A stretch of 51,231 nt of DNA from a virus. A program made the position numbers and the translations under genes. This document shows, in pieces, positions 6,321-16,704 of the stretch. The number at the start of each line of letters is the position of its first letter. Position 1 is the first letter of the stretch. Under the pieces are notes generated by a model. That model was not told where the DNA came from. It worked only from the letters and a program-made list of their open reading frames with translations, and made no database searches. The stretch is from the IMG/VR virus record IMGVR_UViG_3300045988_044272; one strand, 5' to 3'.

Positions 6321-9300
6321 TTATGTTCTATATTGTACCAAATAATAATCAGACGCATAAGCCCTTAATATAACGCTATCACCTTGCGCCATATCAATCC
6401 ATCCATATCCACCGTTTGGTCTATTTGCGTTGTTATCAACCAAATGTCCACCGTTCACGCCGGATAATCTAATTCTATTCTTATTTCCCAACCATGTTAT
6501 TTGAATATGCAATGAAAAGGTTCGCATACCGCCCAAATCATTCCATATAGGTGCAAGTTTTGGCAATCTTACCTCTCTATATGAAGAACCAATTGAATGA
6601 AAAACATAAGAATGCGTTAGATGAATATAATTTTCAAGTGAATCGGAATATGCTTCACCGATATATCCTTTTTCAAAAACGGCAAGTTTCCCATTTATCA
6701 ATTGATTTCCAAAAACGGCAAGTGCCTTTGGCTTGTACCATACTTCATTGTTTTCACTGTAACCATCCCTATGTATTTCAACGGTCGTACCCATGTTACC
6801 CGACAATTCAAATAAAGCATTGTATGGATAACCTAAAGAACTTAAACAACCTACAAGGGTGCGTTGACTACCATTATAAAAGCGAATAAAGTTGTTCAAC
6901 AATGCAAGCCCACGTGCTGTGTCTTGTTCAGATGATGAACCATAACCGATTTGTCCTTGTTGGATTCGGAAACCACCTATATACCCGGATATTGCATTTA
7001 TGACACCCTCAACCGTTGCTTTGGTCATAACAACCGAACCATCTTGCATCACACGGTAAGGCGCAGTTGCCCTGTTTTCAAAAGAAGCACCAGCCCAAAA
7101 ACGAATAGAGTTTGCCGCCGTTCCTTGCCCTGTCATACCCGCAAGGATGCTTTTATTGTCACCTGCAACCTGAATCGTGCCTGACGTAACCAAACCGCCG
7201 TCAATCACGGTCTTTGTATTGTCATAATCAACAGCAACAACCCAATCATTAACATTATAGGATTGTCCTTGGGTCTTTTTAGTCTGACAACGGCGCAAAT
7301 CTTTACCATTCACCCATAAATCGCCTATATCATAAGGTGGGTAAGGGGTGGACACAAATACACGTCTTTTGCCGTCTGCCGTATCTTGTGCATTGTTGGC
7401 GGCTTCGTATGCTTCAATTGCTTTTTGGTCTTCAATGTTCACCCAAGAATAAGAACTTGAATAACGCTTCAATTTCTTTTGTGTTGAGTGATACCACATA
7501 TCACCAACGTGTTTTGCTTTCATTGCCGTTGTAGTCCAACTTGAAGCCGGGTCGGTTGTCTGAAACCATGTTTCAATCTTTCCGTCAATCTGATTGGTTA
7601 AATCGATAATGGCATTGTTGTATGTGCCATTGATAAACTTGTTCAATTCGGTGTTGTCCGTGTACTTGCTTGCCTTTTCCCAATCGCTTGACGTGTAAGA
7701 ACCCGTTGCCCGTGAAGTCTTACAACGCATAATATCACCGCTGCCGCCTTGAACCCATAAATCACCTACTTCATAAGGGGTGTAAGGGGTTGACGTGAAA
7801 ATTCTTCGTTTTGTTTTTGCAAGTGCAAGTGCATCATTTGCAAGTGCAAGTGCTTGTGCAACTTCTGAATCTTGAAGAACTTGCCAAGAATAAACCGAAC
7901 CGTTCTTTATAAATCGGAATACTTTACCGCTTTCCGTATTATAAAACAAGTCGCCCAAATGATTTTCTTTCATTTGGTTGGTTGTCCAATCCTTTGCCGG
8001 GGCATTGGTCAATGTAGGGTCGTAGGTTTCAAAGAATTGTTCAATCTGCCCATCCAATTGTGATTGGATTTCCGAAAGAATGCCGGGCAACGTGTTGTTT
8101 ATAAAGTCTTTGTTTTCCAATGATTCTTTCCCTAATTCTTCAAGGGTCTTTTCTTGCCCATTAGAAGAAAACACAATACGCCCGCCAATTTCGGAATTGT
8201 CCAAATCAAAATAGGTTGTGCCGTCTGCCGATTCAATACGCCCGGTTTTGATGAAACGACCGTTCACCATTGTAAAACCATACGTCAAAGCCAAAGAACG
8301 AATATTCAATTCGGGGTCAATACTTGATAACGTACCGATTAAAAAATGATAATAATTCACATCATCTTCAACCTTGATTTGGCTTGTGGTGAATATGAAC
8401 ACCCCGGCATTGCCGTTCCTTTCGCACTTTGCATAAAGATAATATGCACTGTTGTTCCCGGTCAATGTCGTTTGACCGTCTGCCATTACCCATGACACCG
8501 CCGATTCTTCTTTGATAGTGTAGTGGGTCAAAACACCGCCTTGCCACTTCACCAATCTTGGATTGCCATTGTAATTCGGTTGAAATACCGTGTTAATCAA
8601 TCCGAATTGCATTGATTTTGCACCTACCGATAAGGCAAGGGTATCAATTGAACCCGGCTTTATCTTGTCGGTATAATAATCGCCATCAGGGTCAAATACC
8701 ATGTTCAACACTTCACGGCTTGACCGCCAATTTGCACGGGCGCGGGTGGGGTCTTTCAGGCTGTTAATGGTAACAATCTTGTCAAGTTCCACCAAGTCTG
8801 AAATCACGCGGTTGGTAATAGTTGCGTTGGTTGTAATGTCCGAAATGGTCAATGTGTAATCGTAGGGGTCAAGGATATTGCGCACAAAGGATTTTATGCG
8901 AATAGCCTTGTCCACATCAATGTCGGCATCAACAACGTGCAAGAAATCACCGGGGGCAAAGAAATTCGTTACCGAATCATTTGTTCCCACCAGCTTTTCC
9001 AAGAAAGCCTTGGTAACGCTCAATCCATATTGGACTTTGGGTTGGCAATTTTGGTCGTAATACTTGTTTCCGACTTCCGCCAATTTCGCTTCGGCTTCCG
9101 CTTCAATATCACTTGGATAAGCGACATCAAGAATCTTGTATTCGTTGCCCACTCCGAATTGGAATGCCATTGAAGTTTCAGACGGGAACACATCGCCCCG
9201 GTCGTCGGTTGTCTTTAACAACGTGAACTTGTGCGTTGCATGGTCGTAACTCTTTACCTCGAAATCATATCCGGCAAGATTGCCCGTGTTGAAATGAATC

Positions 9301-10280
9301 TTTGCCGAAACGCCATTGATAAGATACAATGTTTCACCGCTTGCATTGGTCGCGTTCAAGTCAAACGGAAACTTCTTGTCTATGAAGCTGAATGTATCAA
9401 CCACAGATTCAACCGAACCCGTGAATGTGGGTTTGACATCATCAAAATTCTTTCGTCCCTCAAAGACACCGTATTTGGCTACCATTTCGGGCTTCTCAAT
9501 GTATGATTGCCCCTTGGTCTTACCCGGTAAACAAAGGCGGTCAGCGCGATATTTTGAAGTAATGTTTTCGGTTGAACCATACACTTTCAACCGGGTAACA
9601 ATGTTTGATGAAGAAACATTTTCCCGGTGCAAGTCATACAAGCCGCGTCCTTTGCCATACTCGAAAGTAAAAGGCAATGTTTGCCCGACACGTTCATAAA
9701 GATTGACCGTGTAAACCCCATTGGATTGCACAATTTCAAATTCAACATTGAAGTTGGATTGTCCGCAAAGATTCTGCAATACCGACAAACAGTTATCAGA
9801 TTCACCGAAAGTCAAGGTCTTGTCGCCAATGGTATCAGGACAAGCCCCCAATTTCCATTTACCCGGAAACACACGGTTTGCATTGGCAATAAGAACCGTC
9901 ATAAAGCGGTGCAAATTACCCGTCAATGTGTCGCCTTGCACATCCTGCAATTCATTGGTGGTGGTGTCAACGGTCAAGTCGTATGTAATGCGGAACAAGT
10001 CATATTGCACACCCTCGAATTGCAAGGTATATTGAAATTGGTGCATTCCTGTTTTCTTGACCGACGGCAAGCGGTTCAACTTATAATCGCGTCCAAACAC
10101 GGTGATTTTATCGCCAATGTTATATGTTTGCGGAAAAGGTGATTCAATGGTAATGTCCACCGTATCTTCCGCATTCAAGCCCCAATTCTGTTTTGCCGAC
10201 GTTATCCCGGTCGCCGTGCGCCGATTCTGCATTGGCACACGGTTTCCGTTAGGCTGCGTAATGATTATATTCGTTCCCAT
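6321..10280 (-). CDS. Large tail tip / host-specificity protein (Tal-like N-terminus, fibre-like C-terminus)
   Basis: 1319 aa, third gene after the tape measure (a 169-aa ORF and the Dit-like gene intervene). Contains duplicated modules (KRRIFTSTPYTPYEVGDLWVQG / KRRVFVSTPYPPYDIGDLWVNG; FETYDP..W..HLGDLFY / FQTTDP..W..HVGDMWY). Confidence 0.7.
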   Translation of the reverse strand: MGTNIIITQPNGNRVPMQNRRTATGITSAKQNWGLNAEDTVDITIESPFPQTYNIGDKITVFGRDYKLNRLPSVKKTGMHQFQYTLQFEGVQYDLFRITYDLTVDTTTNELQDVQGDTLTGNLHRFMTVLIANANRVFPGKWKLGACPDTIGDKTLTFGESDNCLSVLQNLCGQSNFNVEFEIVQSNGVYTVNLYERVGQTLPFTFEYGKGRGLYDLHRENVSSSNIVTRLKVYGSTENITSKYRADRLCLPGKTKGQSYIEKPEMVAKYGVFEGRKNFDDVKPTFTGSVESVVDTFSFIDKKFPFDLNATNASGETLYLINGVSAKIHFNTGNLAGYDFEVKSYDHATHKFTLLKTTDDRGDVFPSETSMAFQFGVGNEYKILDVAYPSDIEAEAEAKLAEVGNKYYDQNCQPKVQYGLSVTKAFLEKLVGTNDSVTNFFAPGDFLHVVDADIDVDKAIRIKSFVRNILDPYDYTLTISDITTNATITNRVISDLVELDKIVTINSLKDPTRARANWRSSREVLNMVFDPDGDYYTDKIKPGSIDTLALSVGAKSMQFGLINTVFQPNYNGNPRLVKWQGGVLTHYTIKEESAVSWVMADGQTTLTGNNSAYYLYAKCERNGNAGVFIFTTSQIKVEDDVNYYHFLIGTLSSIDPELNIRSLALTYGFTMVNGRFIKTGRIESADGTTYFDLDNSEIGGRIVFSSNGQEKTLEELGKESLENKDFINNTLPGILSEIQSQLDGQIEQFFETYDPTLTNAPAKDWTTNQMKENHLGDLFYNTESGKVFRFIKNGSVYSWQVLQDSEVAQALALANDALALAKTKRRIFTSTPYTPYEVGDLWVQGGSGDIMRCKTSRATGSYTSSDWEKASKYTDNTELNKFINGTYNNAIIDLTNQIDGKIETWFQTTDPASSWTTTAMKAKHVGDMWYHSTQKKLKRYSSSYSWVNIEDQKAIEAYEAANNAQDTADGKRRVFVSTPYPPYDIGDLWVNGKDLRRCQTKKTQGQSYNVNDWVVAVDYDNTKTVIDGGLVTSGTIQVAGDNKSILAGMTGQGTAANSIRFWAGASFENRATAPYRVMQDGSVVMTKATVEGVINAISGYIGGFRIQQGQIGYGSSSEQDTARGLALLNNFIRFYNGSQRTLVGCLSSLGYPYNALFELSGNMGTTVEIHRDGYSENNEVWYKPKALAVFGNQLINGKLAVFEKGYIGEAYSDSLENYIHLTHSYVFHSIGSSYREVRLPKLAPIWNDLGGMRTFSLHIQITWLGNKNRIRLSGVNGGHLVDNNANRPNGGYGWIDMAQGDSVILRAYASDYYLVQYRT

Positions 10281-11476
10281 ACAATAATAGCATTTGTTTC
10301 AAATGAAGAAATTTCATCAATGCACCCCGTCACTACCGGGAAATAATCACCGTTCACATCATAGTTGTGTGTAATTTTGACGGAATCACCGCTTATGTCA
10401 TAATCAACCGAACCGTCACCCCAATAGATATTCACATATTTGGTACTCGTCAAAGTGATAGTGCAAGCCTTGGTCGCATCGTTGACGCGAATGTGCTTCA
10501 ATACTCTTTTGACGGGTTCGGGTTCAATCAACTTCAACTTGAATGTGCCAACCATCAGTTCATCGCTCCATTCCTTTGATATTTCAATGGCATCTTTGCA
10601 ATACACTTCATAAATCAAAGGTTTCACGGGGTGAACGTCAATGACAAGGCGGTTTGTTCCTTTCTTGTCAAACTGCTGCTCAAAAGTGGTAATCTTCTTG
10701 ATAAAGTCCATCTTGGATTCAGCTTTGACAAAGCAAGACAATGTGATTTCCCTTGATTCATAGAATTTATGTGATAAATCAACGCTTTCACCGTGGTAAT
10801 TATCCCAATTCAATGTCGCGGGGGCTTTCATTTTCGGGCGGTTCATCACACCGTCCGAACCCGACACAAATACGCCATATTCCTTGAAGTTTACACCATC
10901 CAACAAATAGGCTTGTTGTTTGCTTGTGGACAATTCATTGATAAGTTCATTTTGCGATAAGGCGACATTGTAAATCTTGACATCATCAAGCAATCCAAAG
11001 CCGTATTCACCACCGTAATAGTCTTGGCACAAAGACACGCCAAGCAAAGTACTTGATTTGGTCAAGGTCTTTACCAATGATGAATTGACATAAAAATTGA
11101 ATGATGCACCACGTCTTGTTATTGCAAACGAATACCAAGAACCGGGGGTTGCTTCAATAGGAATTTCAATGAAATTTTCAAGACCTGAAAAATTAAGCAA
11201 CCAAATCATTTTTTGCGGTGAACCACATTCGATTTCCCGACCTTGTACCCACATCATAATTGAGAAATCAACATTCATGGTGGGTAACACCGATTTGGAA
11301 ACATCGCAAGTGTCCGACCCGCCAAACGAAATTGCATTGCCGTTCTTTCCGGCAACGAATGCCGCACCGTTCACAACCCCGTCGGCACGTGTTTGGCTAT
11401 AATCAAAAGCAACCAAAGAACCGTTGCTTTCGTCAAAAGGCATTTGGAAAATAATATTATTCGCATCCATATTCAA
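10265..11476 (-). CDS. Distal-tail-protein-like baseplate protein with N-terminal LamG/concanavalin-like domain
   Basis: The N-terminal half resembles a LamG jelly-roll (AISFGGSDTCDVS...FSIMMWV...FNFYVNS...DVKIYNVALSQNE). The C-terminal half sits where a siphovirus Dit would be. Confidence 0.5.
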   Translation of the reverse strand: MNMDANNIIFQMPFDESNGSLVAFDYSQTRADGVVNGAAFVAGKNGNAISFGGSDTCDVSKSVLPTMNVDFSIMMWVQGREIECGSPQKMIWLLNFSGLENFIEIPIEATPGSWYSFAITRRGASFNFYVNSSLVKTLTKSSTLLGVSLCQDYYGGEYGFGLLDDVKIYNVALSQNELINELSTSKQQAYLLDGVNFKEYGVFVSGSDGVMNRPKMKAPATLNWDNYHGESVDLSHKFYESREITLSCFVKAESKMDFIKKITTFEQQFDKKGTNRLVIDVHPVKPLIYEVYCKDAIEISKEWSDELMVGTFKLKLIEPEPVKRVLKHIRVNDATKACTITLTSTKYVNIYWGDGSVDYDISGDSVKITHNYDVNGDYFPVVTGCIDEISSFETNAIIVWERI

Positions 11477-11982
11477 TAAGTCTTTTTATCTTTTTCCCGG
11501 ATTTTTATAACGGCATCATTTGTTGCATATCTGTTTATTGAGCCGCCATGATGGTTCACACAAACCTTTGCCCGGTCGCTTGCATAAACACTTATAACGG
11601 CATCATCATAAATATCAATCATTACAAAGGCATTGTCTTTGGCAACCACATTCAATTCAGAATTATGCTTGACGAAGATTTCGCAAACTTCATATCCCTT
11701 TGCTTCAATGCGTCCACAAGTCTTTCCCAAACACACGCATTTGGGCTTATTTTCGACTTTTATATTGTCATCAAGAAAAACCCCTTGTTTCTCCATAACT
11801 CCTTTGAAATGCTCCCTTATGAAGTCGTTTTGGGGGTAATCATTAGCAAGGCAAAAATCAATGCCTTTCAAGTACATTTCCACCATTGCTTCTTTGTTTT
11901 GCAAATTCTGCAACTCATTATGCCAAGGTGTACATATTCCTTTGGCTTTTGCTTGCCGGGCAAGTTCTTTTGATAGTTTCAT
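11473..11982 (-). CDS. Hypothetical protein (between tape measure and baseplate genes)
   Basis: 169-aa ORF preceded by a copy of the 16-nt motif 9 nt upstream of its ATG. Confidence 0.5.
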   Translation of the reverse strand: MKLSKELARQAKAKGICTPWHNELQNLQNKEAMVEMYLKGIDFCLANDYPQNDFIREHFKGVMEKQGVFLDDNIKVENKPKCVCLGKTCGRIEAKGYEVCEIFVKHNSELNVVAKDNAFVMIDIYDDAVISVYASDRAKVCVNHHGGSINRYATNDAVIKIREKDKKTY

Positions 11983-11991
11983 ATATTACTT

Positions 11992-12007
11992 GTTTTATAG
12001 TGAAACA
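11992..12007 (-). promoter_or_regulatory. 16-nt motif copy (minus strand TGTTTCACTATAAAAC), 9 nt upstream of ATG 11982
   Basis: Plus-strand gttttatagtgaaaca, with one mismatch to the consensus. Confidence 0.6.
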
Positions 12008-12014
12008 CTTTCGT

Positions 12015-15000
12015 TTATGATAAACCTTGCGACCTCAAAGAATCACCCGTTGAATTGCGTTCAAGTATGGTGATAATTCTTTCGATTCTTGCCAAATAAC
12101 GGTTGTATGCCGTGTTTTGGGCAATGGTGTTCAAGGCTTGCAATGATTGACGTAAAATTGCCGTTGATTCAAGTTGGTTGATACGGATTGCATTCATTTG
12201 TCCGGCAACAATACTTGCGGTTTCTTCTGAAACGCCCTTGACTGCTCCCGTCAATGAATCATCCGTTTCTTCAACATTCAAATCCTTAAACAAATCCTTG
12301 TAAATGCCCAAGGCTTGTTCATAATTGTTGGCGGCTGCTTGCACCTTGGCTTTGAATGCTGCAATTTCATCATCCGTCAAACCGTCAAAGATAAAATCAT
12401 CACCATTCCACCAACCCATTGAATTTTCCAATTGGTCAAGTGCGCCTTGAAGCTGTTGTTCCAAGAATTTCTTTTTCAATTGGTTTACAATCAAGTTTTG
12501 TAAAACTTGATTCACTGTTTCTTCAAAAGCCTTAGCCGAATCTTCACCAGCCTTGAAAGCGGTTGCCAAGTTATCCGCCAATTGGGTTGCAAAGTCTTTC
12601 GCATTGGTCTGTAACAAGTCATTTGAAATTTCATCGTACATATCCGCAATTTGGCGTTCCAATTCGGCATATTGTTCCTTAAATTCATCAACCCTGCCCC
12701 AATCGGTGTCCTTTTTAGAAATTTCCGCTTCCCAAGATGCACGCAAATGTTCTTGTTGTTCTTTCATGTTGCGAATTGCGGCTTGTTGGTTCTTGTACAC
12801 CTCACCGCCCAAAGCCTTGTCAATAGTCCATGAAAGTTGAGTGTAAGCCTTTTCAAGTTGTGAAATGGCTTCTTGGTGCTTCTTTATTTGCTTTTCTGCT
12901 TTTCGGTCTTTGAAGTTGAACAAATCAAATGCAGACGACAATATGCCGATTGAACCTTGAATCATAGATAAGGGATTGCCCGTTGCGATACCTGTTGCAA
13001 GTTGGCTTGCCCCATCCATAATTCCGCCAATGTCATTCATTATCGCTTGGGTTTCTTCGTCCATTGTAATGCCCATCTTTTCCAACCCGGACGTTACGGC
13101 ATCAATTGTTCCGCCCACAAGGTCAATCGCACCGCTTGCGCTTTCAAACATATTGGTCAAAGCCTTTTTCTTGCTCTCATCATCCGCCGCCTTGCCATAG
13201 TCCTTGATAGATGAAATAAGTGCTTTGAATGGGTTGCGCTCCTGAATTTCATCTTTTATTTCCCCGATTTTGTCTTTCAATGTTTCAAGGTCTTTCGGGT
13301 CAAACTCAATACCAAGATATGCACCATCAAGATTGTTGATTTTATCAATCAGCTCTTGAAGTTTCCGGGTACTTATTTCGTCAAGGTCGCCAAACATCAA
13401 TTCCCAATCCGGGTGTGCCTGTAACTCATCAAGGGCGAATTTGGAAAGGGCTTTGGCTTGCGCTTTGTTCAAGGCTTCTACCATTTCAGTATTGCCGACC
13501 GCTTGCGCTGCTTTGCGCTTTTCCTCGTATTCATCAATGATTGCTTGTTTCTTTTGTTCAAACGTGCCATATTCCGACAACATCGCATCATAATCAATAC
13601 CGCCAATGCCGTTTACATCATCGGTGTATTTGTTTTTACGGTTTTGTATTGCCGTGTCAATATTGGCACGTTCCGCGTCCGTGGTGGCTTGTTCCCTTTG
13701 CCGCATAAGCAAGGCGACATCATTGTTGAATTGTTCTTCAAGACGGCGTTTTTGCTCAACGTATGAAGCATATTCAGCCAACAACGCTTCGGTTTCTTCT
13801 TTCAACTGCTCTTGCGTGTTCTTTTCGGCTTCATCAAGGGATTCGGCTTTCGCATTGTCCACTTCCGTTCCATCATTCGCCAATTCCTTGCGTTTTTGCT
13901 CAATGATTTTGAGCATTTCAAGAACGGTGCTTGCATTGGTCAATTGTTCATTCAATTCTGTATTGAACGCTTCCAAAACCGTTGCTTTCGTTTCTTCTGC
14001 AATGGCATCATTGAGTTGCCGCAATTGCTTGTTTTGCGACTTGGTTCGATTGGCAACATCAACCGCCAAAATTTGGTCGCGTTGATTTTTCAAATAGTCA
14101 ATATATGTCGCCCCCTCTGCAAGCAACTTTTCAAACTCCTTGTGTGCTGATTGAATCAATATGGCATCACCCGAATTGACCCACTTATTGAATCGTTGAT
14201 ATTCGGTTTTATACTTGTTCAATTTTTCCAAGAATGGGTCTTTATTGGTTTGGCTTCCACCCGTGGTTGTTTTCTTGCCTGTTATTGAATCGGCTTTTTT
14301 CTGTAAATCCTCTATTTCCTTTAACTTCTTCTTGTAATCATCATTATTGGTAAGGCGTTTCAAGGCTTCTTGTTTCACTTGAATGGCTTGTTCAATAGCC
14401 CCCAATGTTCCATCCGCATACGTTTGTGAAGCATCAATTCCGGCTTGTTTCATCAAATTGAAGCCGTTAGATTCTGCTTTGGCTGCATCGGTAAATCCTT
14501 GGGTGATTTCTGTGCGCAATGCTTCAATACTTGCTTTTACCTTTGCCTTTTCTTCATTAGGAACAACATAAGTTTCTGTTGTCCAATATGCGCCCATTCC
14601 TGCACCATGTTTAATTGAACGCGTTTTGGTTACATTATCCGGCATCGCATTGTATGCTTGTTCCTTTTCCATCAAAGTTTTCACCTTTTCTTGGGCTTGT
14701 TGAACAAGAATCATTGCTTTGGCTTTTTCAATTTGCGCATTGATGAATGCTTGCTTATTATTGATAAGTAGATTTTCGGCATCTGTAACCCCATTGATTG
14801 ATACCCCCAAATCATCAAAAGCCTTTTTGTTGGCTTCAACAAATTTTTTCTTGGCTTCCATATCATCACCAAGGGCATTCCATTTTACCGATAATTCTTC
14901 AATTGATGCAATAGGCTTGTAAGCATTTTCCGCAACGGATTTATACCATTCTTCTTGTGCTTTCTTGGCTTCATTCGCTTTACCGACAAAGTGGGAAACA

Positions 15001-16400
15001 AGTGCTATCAATGCCGAAATTCCTGCAAGAATCCAACCGAATACCGGGATTGACTTAATCGCCGCACCGACCATTCGGAATGCCCCGGCAAGACCTATAT
15101 TCGCGGCTGTTCCTGCTGTTGCCGCTGCTGCTTGCGCTCCCGTTGCAGCAGTGTTTGCCCCTTGCGCCACCGTGTTTGCTCCTTGGGCGGTTGTATTTGC
15201 TTGGGTCGCTGCCGTGTGTGCGGATTCTGCCGCCGTACTTGCAATGGTCGCGGTTGTATCTGCTACCGTTGCGGCGGTTGATGCAACTTGTTCACCACGC
15301 CCGATTGCCAACAACTTGTTCCACCACTCTTTCAAGCCGTTAATGGTTACAAGTTGAAAAGCCGAATCCTTGTTTAAAGTTTGCGCCACTTGTTGCAATC
15401 CAATGGTGATTGACATCAAGGATTGAACTTTCAACATTATCTTTTGCAAATTCTCATTTTCTCCGGCAAACAATGATATTGCACCTTGGGCGGCTGTAAA
15501 TCCGCCAACAACACCTGACAATCCTTGAATCATGCCTTGAAATTGGGCTTCATCATTTGCAAGAACGCTTCCTTGTGCTTGAATATCCCCTTGAATATCC
15601 ATCAAACGCCCAAGTTCTTCTTCCAATTCCTTATAAGCGGCACTTTGTTCATCTACACCATCGGCAATCAATGACGCCATTTCTTCCTTTAGGTCACGAA
15701 TACGGGTGCGCAAAGAAACATGGGATTGTGCCGTTTTATCTGCTTGCTTGGCTACTTCTTCCAACTTGCCCGCTTCTTCTTCAAGTGCATCTGATTGTTC
15801 GCGCAATTCATTTAAAAGTTGTTGGCGAACCGTGATTTCACCTTTGATTGCGTCCGCTTGTTGCTTTAATGCCCTGTAATCATCATCACGCCCGGACACA
15901 AAAGCATCGCTTGCAGCATGGCTTAATCGGTCGTATTCATCATTTAGGCTTGCAATAACCCTTTCATGTTCTTCACAAGCCGCACCAATTTGCCCCAACA
16001 TGGCACGGATTTGGTCGAATGACATTGCACAACGCACATTGGTTGATTGTAAATTGTTCAATTCAACCGTTAATGCGGTAAGGGCTTTCTTTTCCGCATT
16101 AAGTTCTTGTTTTACCGCAATGGCTTCACTCATCAAGATTTCTTGTGTATCACCGGGTTCAATTGCATTTATCTTTGCGTCCAAATCCGAATATTTGTTT
16201 TCCAAATCCTGAACAACCTTGCGTTGGATTTCAATACATTCAACCATTTCTTGTGTGGTTCTGTCCATTACATCACCACTGCCAACAACGGCATCGGAAA
16301 AACCTTGCACCCGTCGCAAGGTTTCATCTATCGCCATATTTAGTTGGTCATTGTCCATTATGGACTTGAAAGACAATGCCCCACCGTCAATTTCTGCCAT
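12015..16400 (-). CDS. Tail tape measure protein
   Basis: 1461 aa, long coiled-coil-rich sequence with an Ala/Gly-rich hydrophobic segment (AGAFRMVGAAIKSIPVFGWILAGISALIALV). It follows the tail chaperone pair. Confidence 0.85.
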   Translation of the reverse strand: MAEIDGGALSFKSIMDNDQLNMAIDETLRRVQGFSDAVVGSGDVMDRTTQEMVECIEIQRKVVQDLENKYSDLDAKINAIEPGDTQEILMSEAIAVKQELNAEKKALTALTVELNNLQSTNVRCAMSFDQIRAMLGQIGAACEEHERVIASLNDEYDRLSHAASDAFVSGRDDDYRALKQQADAIKGEITVRQQLLNELREQSDALEEEAGKLEEVAKQADKTAQSHVSLRTRIRDLKEEMASLIADGVDEQSAAYKELEEELGRLMDIQGDIQAQGSVLANDEAQFQGMIQGLSGVVGGFTAAQGAISLFAGENENLQKIMLKVQSLMSITIGLQQVAQTLNKDSAFQLVTINGLKEWWNKLLAIGRGEQVASTAATVADTTATIASTAAESAHTAATQANTTAQGANTVAQGANTAATGAQAAAATAGTAANIGLAGAFRMVGAAIKSIPVFGWILAGISALIALVSHFVGKANEAKKAQEEWYKSVAENAYKPIASIEELSVKWNALGDDMEAKKKFVEANKKAFDDLGVSINGVTDAENLLINNKQAFINAQIEKAKAMILVQQAQEKVKTLMEKEQAYNAMPDNVTKTRSIKHGAGMGAYWTTETYVVPNEEKAKVKASIEALRTEITQGFTDAAKAESNGFNLMKQAGIDASQTYADGTLGAIEQAIQVKQEALKRLTNNDDYKKKLKEIEDLQKKADSITGKKTTTGGSQTNKDPFLEKLNKYKTEYQRFNKWVNSGDAILIQSAHKEFEKLLAEGATYIDYLKNQRDQILAVDVANRTKSQNKQLRQLNDAIAEETKATVLEAFNTELNEQLTNASTVLEMLKIIEQKRKELANDGTEVDNAKAESLDEAEKNTQEQLKEETEALLAEYASYVEQKRRLEEQFNNDVALLMRQREQATTDAERANIDTAIQNRKNKYTDDVNGIGGIDYDAMLSEYGTFEQKKQAIIDEYEEKRKAAQAVGNTEMVEALNKAQAKALSKFALDELQAHPDWELMFGDLDEISTRKLQELIDKINNLDGAYLGIEFDPKDLETLKDKIGEIKDEIQERNPFKALISSIKDYGKAADDESKKKALTNMFESASGAIDLVGGTIDAVTSGLEKMGITMDEETQAIMNDIGGIMDGASQLATGIATGNPLSMIQGSIGILSSAFDLFNFKDRKAEKQIKKHQEAISQLEKAYTQLSWTIDKALGGEVYKNQQAAIRNMKEQQEHLRASWEAEISKKDTDWGRVDEFKEQYAELERQIADMYDEISNDLLQTNAKDFATQLADNLATAFKAGEDSAKAFEETVNQVLQNLIVNQLKKKFLEQQLQGALDQLENSMGWWNGDDFIFDGLTDDEIAAFKAKVQAAANNYEQALGIYKDLFKDLNVEETDDSLTGAVKGVSEETASIVAGQMNAIRINQLESTAILRQSLQALNTIAQNTAYNRYLARIERIITILERNSTGDSLRSQGLS

Positions 16401-16401
16401 A

Positions 16402-16704
16402 TTACATCAAACTATTTACATAATTCAAAATTTGCTCACTGTTGTTTTCCGTCAATTCGATTTCTTCAACCCCGGTGTCATTGTTCATGTCATAACTTGG
16501 GGCATCAATCATCATACGTTGGACAACCGACCATGCAATGCCGTGTAACAGATAATCATAAGTCCAGCCGAAATGTTGGCATATAGCCCCCCGGCGACCG
16601 CATGGACTGTTTAGACCTCGTTGTTTTCCTCTATCCGAATCGGCATTGTGGTTCTTTCTTGCTGCATCAATCGAATAGAGTTCATAAAATCCCCAAGATT
16701 GCAC
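16402..16704 (-). CDS. Tail assembly chaperone extension (T-like, -1 frame relative to 16611..17180)
   Basis: The ORF overlaps the 3' end of the upstream chaperone by about 94 nt, in the -1 frame. It ends 1 nt before the tape measure start. The track start is a GTG. Confidence 0.5.
   Translation of the reverse strand: MQSWGFYELYSIDAARKNHNADSDRGKQRGLNSPCGRRGAICQHFGWTYDYLLHGIAWSVVQRMMIDAPSYDMNNDTGVEEIELTENNSEQILNYVNSLM

Noticed and set aside
7819-7853. 14-nt direct repeat gcaagtgcaagtgc x2 in the tail tip gene
   Set aside because: It simply encodes the ALALA...ALALA linker between the duplicated protein modules.
15151-15213. Three imperfect 21-nt tandem units (gtgtttgcCccttgCgcCacc-like) in the tape measure gene
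   Set aside because: They encode the low-complexity AQGANT(V/A/T) segment of the protein. This is ordinary compositional repetition in tape measure proteins with no independent signal.
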